A DNA stretch of 32,000 nt from NCBI RefSeq assembly GCF_054903095.1, contig NZ_CM142801.1, one strand, 5' to 3'. Of this stretch, positions 15,226 to 24,401 are shown in pieces. The first letter of the stretch is position 1. Each line of letters opens with the position of its first letter. The translations under genes were made by a program, and so were the position numbers. The notes beneath the pieces are model-generated. The model was not told the DNA's origin. It saw nothing but the letters and a program-made list of their open reading frames with translations, and searched no databases.

Positions 15226-16377
15226 TTATGAGCGGATGCCTTGAACGATAGCACTATCAGTATCAATAATGGTTTGTATTATTTGCTGTAATAAATTGAG
15301 TGCCTGATCTCTTCCTTGAACATCACGATTAATTTGATCCAGATAGCTACTCATAACTGAATGCATAACATTTTTAGCCTGTTCAACAATGTCTTTTTCT
15401 GCATGAGTAGTGCTTTCTAGATATCTAGATGTTGCTCGAATAGATTCATTGCTAAGCTGTGAAAGTACATCTGCTTTACCTATAGTAAAATATTTATTAT
15501 ACCTATTGTTATGTTTTGTGCTAATTTTCTCGTTTGTATCTCTAATCTTTTCTAGAGTAGCTTCTTTTTCTTTATCATATGATTTCAGCGCCTCTTCTTT
15601 TTCTTTTTCATTAAGATTCGTATCTTTCGTTGTATTTTTTATTTTTTCATCTATTTGTTTGAGAGAAGCTTGTTGCTCTATAACTTCCCTTTTTGACGCG
15701 CGCTGTGCATTATCATCAGTTCTTTCGATAGTATGCTCTTGGTCAGGTGTAAGGGTTACCATCTTTTTGGGATGGCTTCTGTAATTTGCTACGGCAGATG
15801 CCGAGGCCCCGACTGCGCCAACTGCTGACCCGGCAATAACACCTATCGAACTTGCTGCTGTGGCGCGTTCGGTTTCTGTTCTCTGATACTGGACAAGTTG
15901 TTCAAAAACATTGCTCATAATAGCCTCAGACATAGCTGAGGCTTTATACATTGATGTGAATACCCTTAAAAATTCCTCCATAACAGCTTGTTGTCGCATG
16001 GTCAAATTATCTAGCATATCAAGGATATTAAATTTAGATATTTTAATGGTGGTCTGCTCTGTAGAACTGCTTGATTGACTGGATGTAATTGTAGGTTTGT
16101 TAAGGTCACCCCTCAAATTATCTAGCGTATTCCTTGAATAATTAAGATTATCCAATAGTTTTACTCTTAGTTCCGGACAGACTTCTCTGTCTGTATTTTT
16201 TAATATTATAAACTGAGAGCTTATGTCATGCTTAATATCTTTAAGGTTATAGTATTGCACAATTTTATTATCATTTGGTATGTTGTTTTCTTTACTATAA
16301 CCTCTATCAAAGATTGTTTTATCGAGATTGTTAATATTATGTGTGCTGGTCGCATTTTTAATTTCATAGGTGGCCAT
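15226..16377 (-). CDS. eipC: T3SS minor translocon protein, SipC/IpaC family
   Basis: 383 aa, in the SipC/IpaC size class. It has a central Ala/Gly-rich hydrophobic segment (AASSIGVIAGSAVGAVGASASAVA) flanked by coiled-coil-like polar regions, and it lies between the SipB-like and SipD-like genes. Confidence 0.8.
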   Translation of the reverse strand: MATYEIKNATSTHNINNLDKTIFDRGYSKENNIPNDNKIVQYYNLKDIKHDISSQFIILKNTDREVCPELRVKLLDNLNYSRNTLDNLRGDLNKPTITSSQSSSSTEQTTIKISKFNILDMLDNLTMRQQAVMEEFLRVFTSMYKASAMSEAIMSNVFEQLVQYQRTETERATAASSIGVIAGSAVGAVGASASAVANYRSHPKKMVTLTPDQEHTIERTDDNAQRASKREVIEQQASLKQIDEKIKNTTKDTNLNEKEKEEALKSYDKEKEATLEKIRDTNEKISTKHNNRYNKYFTIGKADVLSQLSNESIRATSRYLESTTHAEKDIVEQAKNVMHSVMSSYLDQINRDVQGRDQALNLLQQIIQTIIDTDSAIVQGIRS

Positions 16378-16389
16378 GTTAGAACCCTC

Positions 16390-18171
16390 TTATACGATAG
16401 AATGGGAAGCAAATTTTAAGGTTTCAGTTCGGTGTTGTAATACTCTTACCATCTGGCTTACCTCTTGTTCGACGGTTTTATCCACCCTTTGCAATACTGA
16501 AAGCATTTGTTCACGCGTTTTTGAAAGATTACTCATGTCCTGTTGTAAAATTGCCATGTCGGCAGAGTTTTCAGCAACACAATAATTCATTATCGATGTT
16601 GCTGTTTCACAGATAAGTAAGCCTATTTTCTCCAGAGCATTACTTATCTTGGCAATTAACTTCAAAACTACGACTGATGTTTGTATCATGCTGCATACTC
16701 TGTTTAATACCTTTATAATATTTTTTGAAACGGATTTAATAATAGATTCAATGGTTGATTTTATAGTGCTTGTTATTTCTTTAGTGACTTCTTCTGCGGC
16801 TGTTTTTGATAATGCAGAAACAACGGCCCCTATTGCTACAGAACATATTACAGCTGCACCAATCATTACTGTCGCCATGACAATAGAAGCGGCTGCACTT
16901 GCGTAAATACTTTTAACCAGTTCAATCGTATCTTGATCGACACCAATAACGTCCAGAAGCGCGGTGATTGCGAGCAGAGTGGGATCAACTGTTTTAATAG
17001 CAGCCGAAAGACCTTCTACAACTTTCCCTAAAATCCAGCCGGTAGCCGTGGTGCCCAGAGCGATTTGACAAGTGATATCTACACCTAATACTACTGCGCC
17101 CGCTATTCCTCCAATAAGTGCCAATGCACCCGCAATACTTGAACCACCACTTGGAACTGCAGCAAGAAGACCAACAACAATTAAGATTGCGCTCATGGCA
17201 ATGGTAGCTACTGTTACACAGTCATTAACGATTTTTAAAACTTTTGTCCATTTAGTATATTTACGCGCTGTTTCATTGAGTTTATTTTCCCTGACATGGT
17301 TAATCTCTTTCATTACCTCAGATTGATTTTTGATCGATTCGCAATTGGTATCACCAATAACTTCCATTACTGAGGTAATCAAAAGGATAAATGTGGCTGT
17401 CGCGTTTCTGTTTTTCTGGTTTTCCTGGGTCAGGCAAATATTGGTGGTAAAGTTATTAATCTGTTCTTGCTGTTGAATTTCGTCAAAAATCTCCATACTT
17501 TGGCCGATCGCAGCATCAGCATCCATAATGGCTGTATTTAACGATTTCTCAGCTAACGATTTTTTTTGTAATGACAGCGTGAGTGTTTTCTCAGCCGCAT
17601 TTTTTTGCGTCAGTACTTTATTATATTGCGGATCGCCAGGTTGCAGTTGCGACAGCTCTTGATTCAATGTATTGACTTTTTTCTCCAGCGATTGCACCTT
17701 TTTATCGACCGCATTGTAATTATTATTGGCCTGATGCATGATGTCGTCGGCTTTTTGCGCGGAATCTAATGACGAGGAGTAAGCGTTACTTAATTCACGA
17801 AACTTATTATGTGCCATTTCGTGTCGAAGCAGGGTGCTGTCAAGGTTATTATGCAAACGTGTTGTAATATCCTGATCGGCAATGCCTGTTAGATTACCCA
17901 AAATCATCGTCAGGCGGGCATCGTTCGTCTTTGCTGTAGTGGCGTTGTCTGAATCTGAAACCTGCATTTCAGGCGGAGCAAGCATAGGTTTGTTTTCAAG
18001 ACGAGTGCGAATATCGTTATCAAGGGACTTCGGGTTTTTATTAAGCCGCATGGGATCAACTTGCGTTTTGTTGCTGTCCTGCAGTCTTTTTTCCGCATCG
18101 CTATACTGTGTGCGCAATGTTTCGCTGATTTGTTCAAACGTGATCGTTTGTCCCGTAATCGGTGCCGACAT
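16390..18171 (-). CDS. eipB: T3SS major translocon protein, SipB/IpaB family
   Basis: 593 aa, the same length as SipB from memory. It has an N-terminal coiled-coil, two long hydrophobic segments (IAMSAILIVVGLLAAVPSGGSSIAGALALIGGIAGAVVLGV...) and a strong SD (aaggaggtg). Confidence 0.88.
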   Translation of the reverse strand: MSAPITGQTITFEQISETLRTQYSDAEKRLQDSNKTQVDPMRLNKNPKSLDNDIRTRLENKPMLAPPEMQVSDSDNATTAKTNDARLTMILGNLTGIADQDITTRLHNNLDSTLLRHEMAHNKFRELSNAYSSSLDSAQKADDIMHQANNNYNAVDKKVQSLEKKVNTLNQELSQLQPGDPQYNKVLTQKNAAEKTLTLSLQKKSLAEKSLNTAIMDADAAIGQSMEIFDEIQQQEQINNFTTNICLTQENQKNRNATATFILLITSVMEVIGDTNCESIKNQSEVMKEINHVRENKLNETARKYTKWTKVLKIVNDCVTVATIAMSAILIVVGLLAAVPSGGSSIAGALALIGGIAGAVVLGVDITCQIALGTTATGWILGKVVEGLSAAIKTVDPTLLAITALLDVIGVDQDTIELVKSIYASAAASIVMATVMIGAAVICSVAIGAVVSALSKTAAEEVTKEITSTIKSTIESIIKSVSKNIIKVLNRVCSMIQTSVVVLKLIAKISNALEKIGLLICETATSIMNYCVAENSADMAILQQDMSNLSKTREQMLSVLQRVDKTVEQEVSQMVRVLQHRTETLKFASHSIV

Positions 18172-18226
18172 AATTCACCTCCTTTTTAAGCTATCATCGG
18201 GTGTAATTAATTCTTTTTTATTTAAC

Positions 18227-18409
18227 TCATGGCAGATGTTTATTCCCATCTAAAATGGCATCAACGGGAAAGTAAGTAATGTGTTTATTGTTATTCTTCT
18301 CATTTATTTTATCGCCATGGTTATTTTTTAAATCAACCGGAGCTTCCTCATGATATTTCCTGGTTAACTCTTCAGGCGTAAAAGAAGATTTTTTTGCGTT
18401 TATGTTCAT
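18227..18409 (-). CDS. Unassigned 60-aa Lys/Asn-rich ORF filling the gap between the chaperone and SipB-like genes
   Basis: The ATG is 9 nt after the eicA stop and the ORF stop is 55 nt before the eipB start. It is same-strand and uninterrupted in a very AT-rich context where stops are frequent. GGAG lies ~12 nt upstream, which is marginal spacing. I recognise no homolog. Confidence 0.35.
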   Translation of the reverse strand: MNINAKKSSFTPEELTRKYHEEAPVDLKNNHGDKINEKNNNKHITYFPVDAILDGNKHLP

Positions 18410-18418
18410 TTTGCCGAC

Positions 18419-18916
18419 TCACTCCGTTTGAACTTCCTCTTCGATATTGGCTGTCAAGAGTTCAAGATAAGCAGTAGCCATCTCTTTAATTTTTTCATTT
18501 TGGCTGTAGGTTACGACTGTATTAAATAACTCCGTGGCCATTTTAGTGTTTTTTAAGCCCATCTGGCACTGGCCCATATAATAAACCAAAGAGAAATCGT
18601 TATCGGGAGATAGCATTAAACAGATATGATACATGTCGAATGCCTTTTGATAATCTTTCTTCAACTGACAGACGGCGGCATATCCTTTTAAATAGTTATA
18701 ATTTTGGAAATCATAAATACAGAGAAATTTAAAAAAGAGTTCAGCTTCGTCAAGTCTTCCTTTTTCATAAAAGTTATAAGCGTAAGCATAAACGCCTTCA
18801 AGTGTATCCGGAGTAATGCCATGCAGCTCTGCAAGTGTTGCTCCCATACCTAGTGCACGTTCGAACTTACTGGCAATTTCTTTATTTTCTTCTAAATCCA
18901 GATTTGCGCTTTCCAT
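18419..18916 (-). CDS. eicA: Class II T3SS chaperone (TPR), SicA/IpgC/SycB family
   Basis: 165 aa. It aligns by eye with IpgC/SicA: GATL.....I..D.....Y.YAY.FY.KGR..EAE.FF.FLCIYDF.N..Y..G.AA..Q.K......A...Y.........ND......GQCQ. It is the first gene of the operon. Confidence 0.9.
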   Translation of the reverse strand: MESANLDLEENKEIASKFERALGMGATLAELHGITPDTLEGVYAYAYNFYEKGRLDEAELFFKFLCIYDFQNYNYLKGYAAVCQLKKDYQKAFDMYHICLMLSPDNDFSLVYYMGQCQMGLKNTKMATELFNTVVTYSQNEKIKEMATAYLELLTANIEEEVQTE

Positions 18917-19217
18917 CTCTACTCTCTCCTTTCGAACATTCTTTGTGCAGACTTCACCATTTTTTAGAGGGTGGTGATATCAAAATTCGCTCATTTTTAT
19001 GCCCATCCGTTGGGCTTCCTTTTCTTCATTAAAAACAAGTATTGTTTCAATGAGATAAGATTTTCTATGTGATGAAATGAAAACAATGTAGAGGGAAATT
19101 CATCCGCAATCCTGATGAACGGGTGCAATTTTGATTGGAATTTGAAAAAGCAGGTGATTTACTGATGTGCGAGCGTACGTCAGCGGCTGCTGGCCTGAGC
19201 GCGGAGGTGTGCGAAAT

Positions 19218-19511
19218 TCACATATCCGGGCATTCCACCTTACCCAGCGCTTCCCAGTAGTTATTCTGATTATTACGCTCCATCGCCACAATAGCTTCGC
19301 GGATATGTTGTTTGTTATTCTCATCAGACAACATTAATTTTTCCCACGCTTCGTCTGATAATGACGCCTGTGGCGTGCAAATTTTACGTAAATCTTGCAA
19401 TACCGTGGTCTTTTCTTTTGCCGACTGTAGAGAACTAAATGGCGACTCGGCCTGAGAAATGGCTGGAAAAGTCAGGAATACGGTAATCATGAGTAGCATC
19501 GTAAGCTTCAT
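19218..19511 (-). CDS. yicS: Small secreted protein YicS
   Basis: The 97-aa product starting MKLTMLLMITVFLTFPAISQAESPF... matches my memory of K-12 YicS and has a signal peptide. The ORF-track start at 19580 is an upstream in-frame extension. The ATG at 19509-19511 gives the 97-aa length. Confidence 0.85.
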   Translation of the reverse strand: MKLTMLLMITVFLTFPAISQAESPFSSLQSAKEKTTVLQDLRKICTPQASLSDEAWEKLMLSDENNKQHIREAIVAMERNNQNNYWEALGKVECPDM

Positions 19512-19720
19512 AGCTGCAACCTTCTGCAAATGTGCATCGAATGAAGCATAAGTGTAGTTTGCTTTTGCTGCTCTCATCATGCTGTACGAAAGGTGTTTGC
19601 GTGGTCAGTAAGAAGTGCCAGTTTTTTATACCTTTTTCTTCTATTCGATAGCTTTTCGTTTTTTAAATCGTAGTGATCTTGCCATTATAGTCAGTTAACG
19701 ATTAAAAAAAGGATAAAAAA

Positions 19721-20539
19721 GTGAAACTGACAACACATCATCTACGGGCGGGGGCCGCATTATTACTGGCAGGAATTCTGCTGGCAGGTTGCGACCAGAG
19801 CAGCAGCGATGAAAAGCACATTAAAGTGGGCGTTATTAATGGCGCAGAACAAGATGTCGCGGAAGTCGCTAAAAAGGTGGCAAAAGAGAAATATGGCCTC
19901 GATGTTGAATTGGTAGGATTTAGCGGTTCGTTGTTACCGAACGATGCGACAAATCATGGCGAGCTTGATGCGAACGTCTTCCAGCATCGCCCCTTTCTTG
20001 AACAAGATAATCAGGCGCATGGTTATAAACTGGTAGCGGTGGGAAATACGTTTGTCTTCCCCATGGCGGGTTATTCCAAAAAAATCAAAACTGTGGCGCA
20101 AATAAAAGAAGGCGCGACAGTGGCGATCCCCAACGACCCAACCAACCTTGGTCGCGCGCTTTTACTGTTGCAAAAAGAGAAGCTAATTACTCTGAAAGAG
20201 GGAAAAGGGTTATTACCTACCGCGCTGGATATAACCGATAATCCTCGTCATTTGCAGATTATGGAACTCGAGGGGGCGCAGCTCCCGCGCGTACTGGATG
20301 ATCCCAAAGTTGATGTGGCAATTATCAGCACCACTTACATTCAGCAGACCGGGCTTTCTCCAGTGCACGACAGCGTATTTATTGAAGATAAAAATTCGCC
20401 GTATGTGAATATTTTGGTGGCACGGGAAGATAATAAGAATGCAGAAAACGTGAAGGAATTTCTGCAATCTTATCAATCGCCCGAAGTCGCTAAAGCGGCA
20501 GAAACCATCTTTAACGGTGGCGCGGTGCCTGGCTGGTAA
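19721..20539 (+). CDS. nlpA: Lipoprotein-28, methionine-binding NlpA family
   Basis: 272 aa with lipobox LLAGC at residues 20-24. The sequence is essentially K-12 NlpA from memory. It uses a GTG start preceded by aaggataaaaaa. Confidence 0.93.
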   Translation: MKLTTHHLRAGAALLLAGILLAGCDQSSSDEKHIKVGVINGAEQDVAEVAKKVAKEKYGLDVELVGFSGSLLPNDATNHGELDANVFQHRPFLEQDNQAHGYKLVAVGNTFVFPMAGYSKKIKTVAQIKEGATVAIPNDPTNLGRALLLLQKEKLITLKEGKGLLPTALDITDNPRHLQIMELEGAQLPRVLDDPKVDVAIISTTYIQQTGLSPVHDSVFIEDKNSPYVNILVAREDNKNAENVKEFLQSYQSPEVAKAAETIFNGGAVPGW

Positions 20540-20542
20540 TTC

Positions 20543-21466
20543 TCACTCATGCCGCGCCGGACGATTTATTTTTCTGGCGCGGCGACGAGAATCCATTGAA
20601 ATCAAAATCACCGATGACAGAATCAGCAGCGTTCCCAGCCAGTCCGGCAATGTGAACGTGATCCCCAGCAACAGCAAAGAGAGCAGCGCGCTACTTAATG
20701 GTTCTGCACAGCTCAGAATGCTGGCTTTTGGACCGCCAATGAGCTGTGCGCCTTTCAGATATAGACTAAAGGTTAGCGAAGTTCCGATTACCACCAGATA
20801 GAAAAACGCCAGAATCAGGCTGCCATTAACCACGAAGTTTGTTCCTTGCCCGGCATAGAAGGGCAGCAGGATCAGACCACCGATCAGCATACTCCAGCCG
20901 ACGACCGGTAACGTGCCATAGCGGGCAATCAGCGTTGAGGGATAGGTGGTATAGAATGCAGCAGCAAATGCCGAGGCAATGCCCCAGAATAACGCGGCAG
21001 GAGAGATCGATAATGACGTCGGATTACCGTGTGTCACCAATAAAAAAGTCCCGATCAGCGATGTCAAAATAGCGCAGAAAACCAGAATGCCCGGGCGAGA
21101 TTTACGCACCAGTGAGAACCAGGCGACGATAATCGTCGGTGAGAGGAATTGCAGCACCGTTGCCGTGGCAGCATTCGATTTTTCAATGGTTAGCAAAAAA
21201 GTGAGCTGTACGGTTAGCGCGCCAACCACGGAAAAAATCAGCAGACTAATGGCATCTTTGTGATTGTTAATAATAGAAAAGATTTTATCGCCATGAACAA
21301 ATGACAGCGTCAGCAGAATCAAACCGGCGAATATCAAACGCGTCATAGTCAAAAACTGCGACGACATCTGGCTTTGCTCCATGATGTATTGCGCGCAGAC
21401 CCCTGAACTTCCCCACAACACGGCGGCAATCAGAACGTTCAGCATCCCCTTTCTGGTGGAACCCAT
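20543..21466 (-). CDS. yicL: EamA/DMT-family inner-membrane transporter YicL
   Basis: 307 aa with ~10 predicted TM helices. Size and position (between nlpA and setC) are as in K-12. Confidence 0.88.
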   Translation of the reverse strand: MGSTRKGMLNVLIAAVLWGSSGVCAQYIMEQSQMSSQFLTMTRLIFAGLILLTLSFVHGDKIFSIINNHKDAISLLIFSVVGALTVQLTFLLTIEKSNAATATVLQFLSPTIIVAWFSLVRKSRPGILVFCAILTSLIGTFLLVTHGNPTSLSISPAALFWGIASAFAAAFYTTYPSTLIARYGTLPVVGWSMLIGGLILLPFYAGQGTNFVVNGSLILAFFYLVVIGTSLTFSLYLKGAQLIGGPKASILSCAEPLSSALLSLLLLGITFTLPDWLGTLLILSSVILISMDSRRRARKINRPARHE

Positions 21467-21576
21467 TTTTCCCTCTGCATACTGTTTTGTCGTTTATGTA
21501 TGCAGGCATGATAGCAAAAATGGCGAGGATGGCTCTGTTTGCGCCACGCCGATTTTTCTTAGCCCAGACAGGTGAG

Positions 21577-22761
21577 CTAAATATCTTTAATAAACAGCAG
21601 GCAAATCATCGCAATACCCAACATACCTATCGCCAGCCAGAACAACGCGTGGTAGCTCCAGATTTCAACCATAATTCCGTCAACAGAGCCGGCGATAATC
21701 CAGCCGACGCGTGAGGTATTTGCATATAATGTTGTCGCAGAACCTATTTTTTCAGGCATCAGGTCCTGAAAATAAAGCATGCCGATACCACAGAGAATAC
21801 CAAGGAAGATGGCATTTAGAATTTGCAATTCCAGCTCTACTGCCGGAGTCGTCGCCATGAGTACGCTGGCGTAAAAACACATACCACTCACGATAGCAAT
21901 GAGCATTAATAGTCGCTTGCCAATACGTTTCATGTAATAGCCTGCGATTAACATCATCGGAATTTCCAGACCGGCAGCGATACCAATCATTTCTCCAGCC
22001 AGTTTATCGGTTAGATGCAGTTCATCAATAATAAATAGCGGCATATTTATCATGTAGAGATTATTCGCCGCCCACATCATTGAACAGACCACAAAAAGTA
22101 GCCGTGTATCCCGCTTTCTATGGATGGAGGGTAAAATTTCTACGGGTTGGGTAACGACAGGAATATTTCTTTGTATTGATGGCAAAAACAACCAGACTAT
22201 CAGCCCGCAAATAACAAATGCGATGGCAGCGGTGAGATACATCACTTTAAAACTAAATCCCATTGCCAGCTCATAAGCGAGCGGTGGCCCGATAACCCAG
22301 GCAAGCGAGATCTGAGCACGTAAAAATGTACTGAACATGACCGTCTCACGACCTGTTCTGTCGGCGTGTTCACGGGCGAGGGCGAACATTTGCGGGTTTG
22401 CAGTGGAAGCAAAACTACTCAGAAGTACGCCCGTAGAGAGGAGAATGAAGTAGTTGCGATTCCACGCAAAAAGCGTGCAGGCCAGCACTCCAAATAAGCA
22501 ACATAGCAGGATCAGTAATTTACGGTCGCCTTGTTTATCGGAGTGCCTTGCCAGAAATTGACTGACCAGAATTCCCATAATAGCGCTACCGGTGAAGAAA
22601 AAACCTACCATTATAGGACGGGCTTTCAGTTCATCTGCGAGGAATATACTTAGGGTGGGAGTCTGGAGAGCGCCCGCAATACCAGTCAGAAAGGCGACAA
22701 GTAAAAATGCCGCGGCAGTGAGATCAAGTATTTTTGATGGAGTGGTAGCCGTTTTTTGCAT
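21577..22761 (-). CDS. setC: MFS sugar efflux transporter SetC
   Basis: 394 aa, 12-TM MFS-like, Set family. It lies adjacent to the selC locus as in K-12. Confidence 0.88.
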   Translation of the reverse strand: MQKTATTPSKILDLTAAAFLLVAFLTGIAGALQTPTLSIFLADELKARPIMVGFFFTGSAIMGILVSQFLARHSDKQGDRKLLILLCCLFGVLACTLFAWNRNYFILLSTGVLLSSFASTANPQMFALAREHADRTGRETVMFSTFLRAQISLAWVIGPPLAYELAMGFSFKVMYLTAAIAFVICGLIVWLFLPSIQRNIPVVTQPVEILPSIHRKRDTRLLFVVCSMMWAANNLYMINMPLFIIDELHLTDKLAGEMIGIAAGLEIPMMLIAGYYMKRIGKRLLMLIAIVSGMCFYASVLMATTPAVELELQILNAIFLGILCGIGMLYFQDLMPEKIGSATTLYANTSRVGWIIAGSVDGIMVEIWSYHALFWLAIGMLGIAMICLLFIKDI

Positions 22762-23152
22762 TCTTCTGAATCACCGGGCGACAAAATATAACTGAGTTAC
22801 AAATAAGTACCAGTCGAATGAGTATTATATTAAGAATTTTTGAGTATCGCTGATACAACCAGAAAGCAATGCTAGCGCAATATTATAGGGCCAGCAATTG
22901 AGATTATTAGCAAAAGCATGTTAAGAATTAATTACCGAATTTATATATTAATTATAGTAAGGCAATGAGCTATTTTTGATAGTAAAAATAAAACAAGTTT
23001 ATTTGATATATTAAATGAACAAATTAATCTTGATGGCAGTCTGATTATTGGTGAAGTTTATAGGTCAGTTTTTTTCGCCAGCGGTTAAAGGAATAGAATC
23101 ATCGTATAAAAAAAGGGTGTTCTGGGGCGTGTAAAACAACATCTTCACCTTA

Positions 23153-23326
23153 ATGGCGATACAGTTGGCTGAGAGTCAGCAGGGGGCAAATCACCTGCAA
23201 ATAAACACGGCGCATGCTGGCGCGAATATCGCGGATGCGTTCGAGGACAGAAGAACCGACAGGCGGATTCTTCTGTCGCTCATCGTCCATCACAAATCCT
23301 TTGATCAGGTATTCCTGAAGCCGATT
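23153..23326 (-). pseudogene. Short internal fragment of a RhuM-family (SPI-3 rhuM-like) gene
   Basis: The translation ...RLQEYLIKGFVMDDERQKNPPVGSSVLERIRDIRASMRRVYLQVI... resembles the conserved RhuM-family core (...KEYL.KGF..DDERLK......ERIREIRASERRFYQKI..., from memory). Only ~45-55 codons are present and there is no credible start. The ORF-track start at 23413 lies inside the tRNA fragment. Confidence 0.45.
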
Positions 23327-23398
23327 GAATATTGAGCAGATAGAAAATCTCTGGATTGACAGTATTACAAGGGGTTGGAGAACGTATGAAGAGGCATT

Positions 23399-23422
23399 TT
23401 GGCGGAAGATCACAGGAGTCGA
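23399..23422 (-). repeat. selC: 24-nt copy of the 3' end of tRNA-Sec (selC): island/chromosome junction (att direct repeat), not a functional tRNA
   Basis: The minus strand reads TTCGACTCCTGTGATCTTCCGCCA, identical to the last 24 nt of E. coli selC as I recall it. Upstream of that the sequence (..aatactcatat) no longer matches the tRNA. Confidence 0.8.
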
Positions 23423-23555
23423 ATATGAGTATTAATATATTGATTTTAAATGATTAATCTGTGTTGGATAAATGAATAACCCCCATAAGAACCCCCAAAT
23501 AAATTTGCGTGAGGGAATGAAGCTAAAATACATAATTGCATTCATTCTTAGAGCT

Positions 23556-24401
23556 TTATAATGAAGGTAACATTTCCGGATAGTGCCTGGCAATAATATC
23601 ATTTAGCCGATCAACCAGTTCTGGTTTCCTGAACGTGATGTGTGCGGAGCCCTTCTTAAAGTATCTGATGTTGAACATCTCATCTTCATAGCTCGCTTTG
23701 CCCTGAACGGAGCGGATGTGATCATCCAGCCGAATGATGATATTTTCCCGGCTGTCGGGGATCGGTTTGCCGCTGAACAGATGCAGCATTCTTTCCAGGT
23801 CGGCGAGTCGATCTGCCTGTTGCCCGGTGATAAGATGCAATCCCCATCGGTCCCACCTCACCAGATTGTTGACGATAATTTTACTGCCAAATTTACAGGG
23901 GGAGTTGGTTTTGTAATTCCAGCTCAGCCCTCTGAAGACGTTGATCACCCCTCGCTCAAACACTTCATCTTTGTTCTGGTGCAGTTGTTCAAATGTGCTC
24001 AGGATATTCGCCTCGCTGATTTCCGGAAAATTATCGTACTCCAGTGACCGGTACCATGTATCACGGGCCTGTGCATCCATTAATGACAGCATCCCTGAAC
24101 GTTGCATCAGGTCACGCCAGATTTCGCGGTCAAGGTTGCGGGTGATAGCTTTCATTGCGGTTTCCGTTTTCTCCATCAGCCAGCAGCCGCAGCGAAAATC
24201 CTGTTTCATGGCCCAGTCCCGGGCGGTTTTGCCGCCAATGCTTTCCGTCATTGCTGAGATTTCAGCCAGTTGCCGGATAAGTGTGTCGATTTGCAGCAGT
24301 GTACTTTTTCGTACAGCCAGAATGTGGCGGATACTGGTTGAGCAGATAACGTCCGTATGCCCGTTGACCACTTCCGGACGGGAGACTGTGATTGCAGACA
24401 T
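23556..24401 (-). CDS. DUF4942-domain protein (last gene of the CP4-type module)
   Basis: 281 aa. The family assignment comes from memory of how this conserved terminal gene is annotated in E. coli islands. SD aaggaa is present. Confidence 0.7.
   Translation of the reverse strand: MSAITVSRPEVVNGHTDVICSTSIRHILAVRKSTLLQIDTLIRQLAEISAMTESIGGKTARDWAMKQDFRCGCWLMEKTETAMKAITRNLDREIWRDLMQRSGMLSLMDAQARDTWYRSLEYDNFPEISEANILSTFEQLHQNKDEVFERGVINVFRGLSWNYKTNSPCKFGSKIIVNNLVRWDRWGLHLITGQQADRLADLERMLHLFSGKPIPDSRENIIIRLDDHIRSVQGKASYEDEMFNIRYFKKGSAHITFRKPELVDRLNDIIARHYPEMLPSL

Noticed and set aside
17560-17567. T8 (A8 on the coding strand) homopolymer inside eipB as a possible slipped-strand phase-variation site
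   Set aside because: The ORF is intact and the tract is short for efficient slippage. Such runs are expected in ~33% GC coding sequence (Lys codons).
14313-18253. Several + strand ORFs of 63-124 aa (e.g. 15410-15784, 16649-16906, 17072-17326, 17882-18253)
   Set aside because: They are antisense to eipD, eipC and eipB. Their translations are hydrophobic low-complexity sequences typical of antisense frames of AT-rich genes, with no start context.
18917-19100. Search for an InvF/MxiE-box-like element or a clear sigma70 promoter upstream of eicA (e.g. atacttgtttttaatg vs the MxiE box GTATCGTTTTTTTANAG)
   Set aside because: The best alignment I could make matches only about half the positions. 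The TTGATA / TAAAAT-like hexamers I saw have an 11-12 nt spacer. This is not enough to call a site.
19512-19580. Upstream in-frame extensions suggested by the ORF track for yicS (to 19580), cbeA (to 26074), the antirestriction gene (to 27420), the DUF957 gene (to 24728) and the Cys-rich ORF (to 27726)
   Set aside because: The internal starts give the family-typical lengths and have better SD or coupling contexts. The extensions overlap upstream genes or add atypical residues.
21475-21505. Inverted repeat ctgcatac...gtatgcag between setC and yicL
   Set aside because: It has an 8-bp stem with a 15-nt loop and no U-tract on either strand. It lies in conserved core intergenic DNA, so the evidence is too weak to call a terminator or operator.
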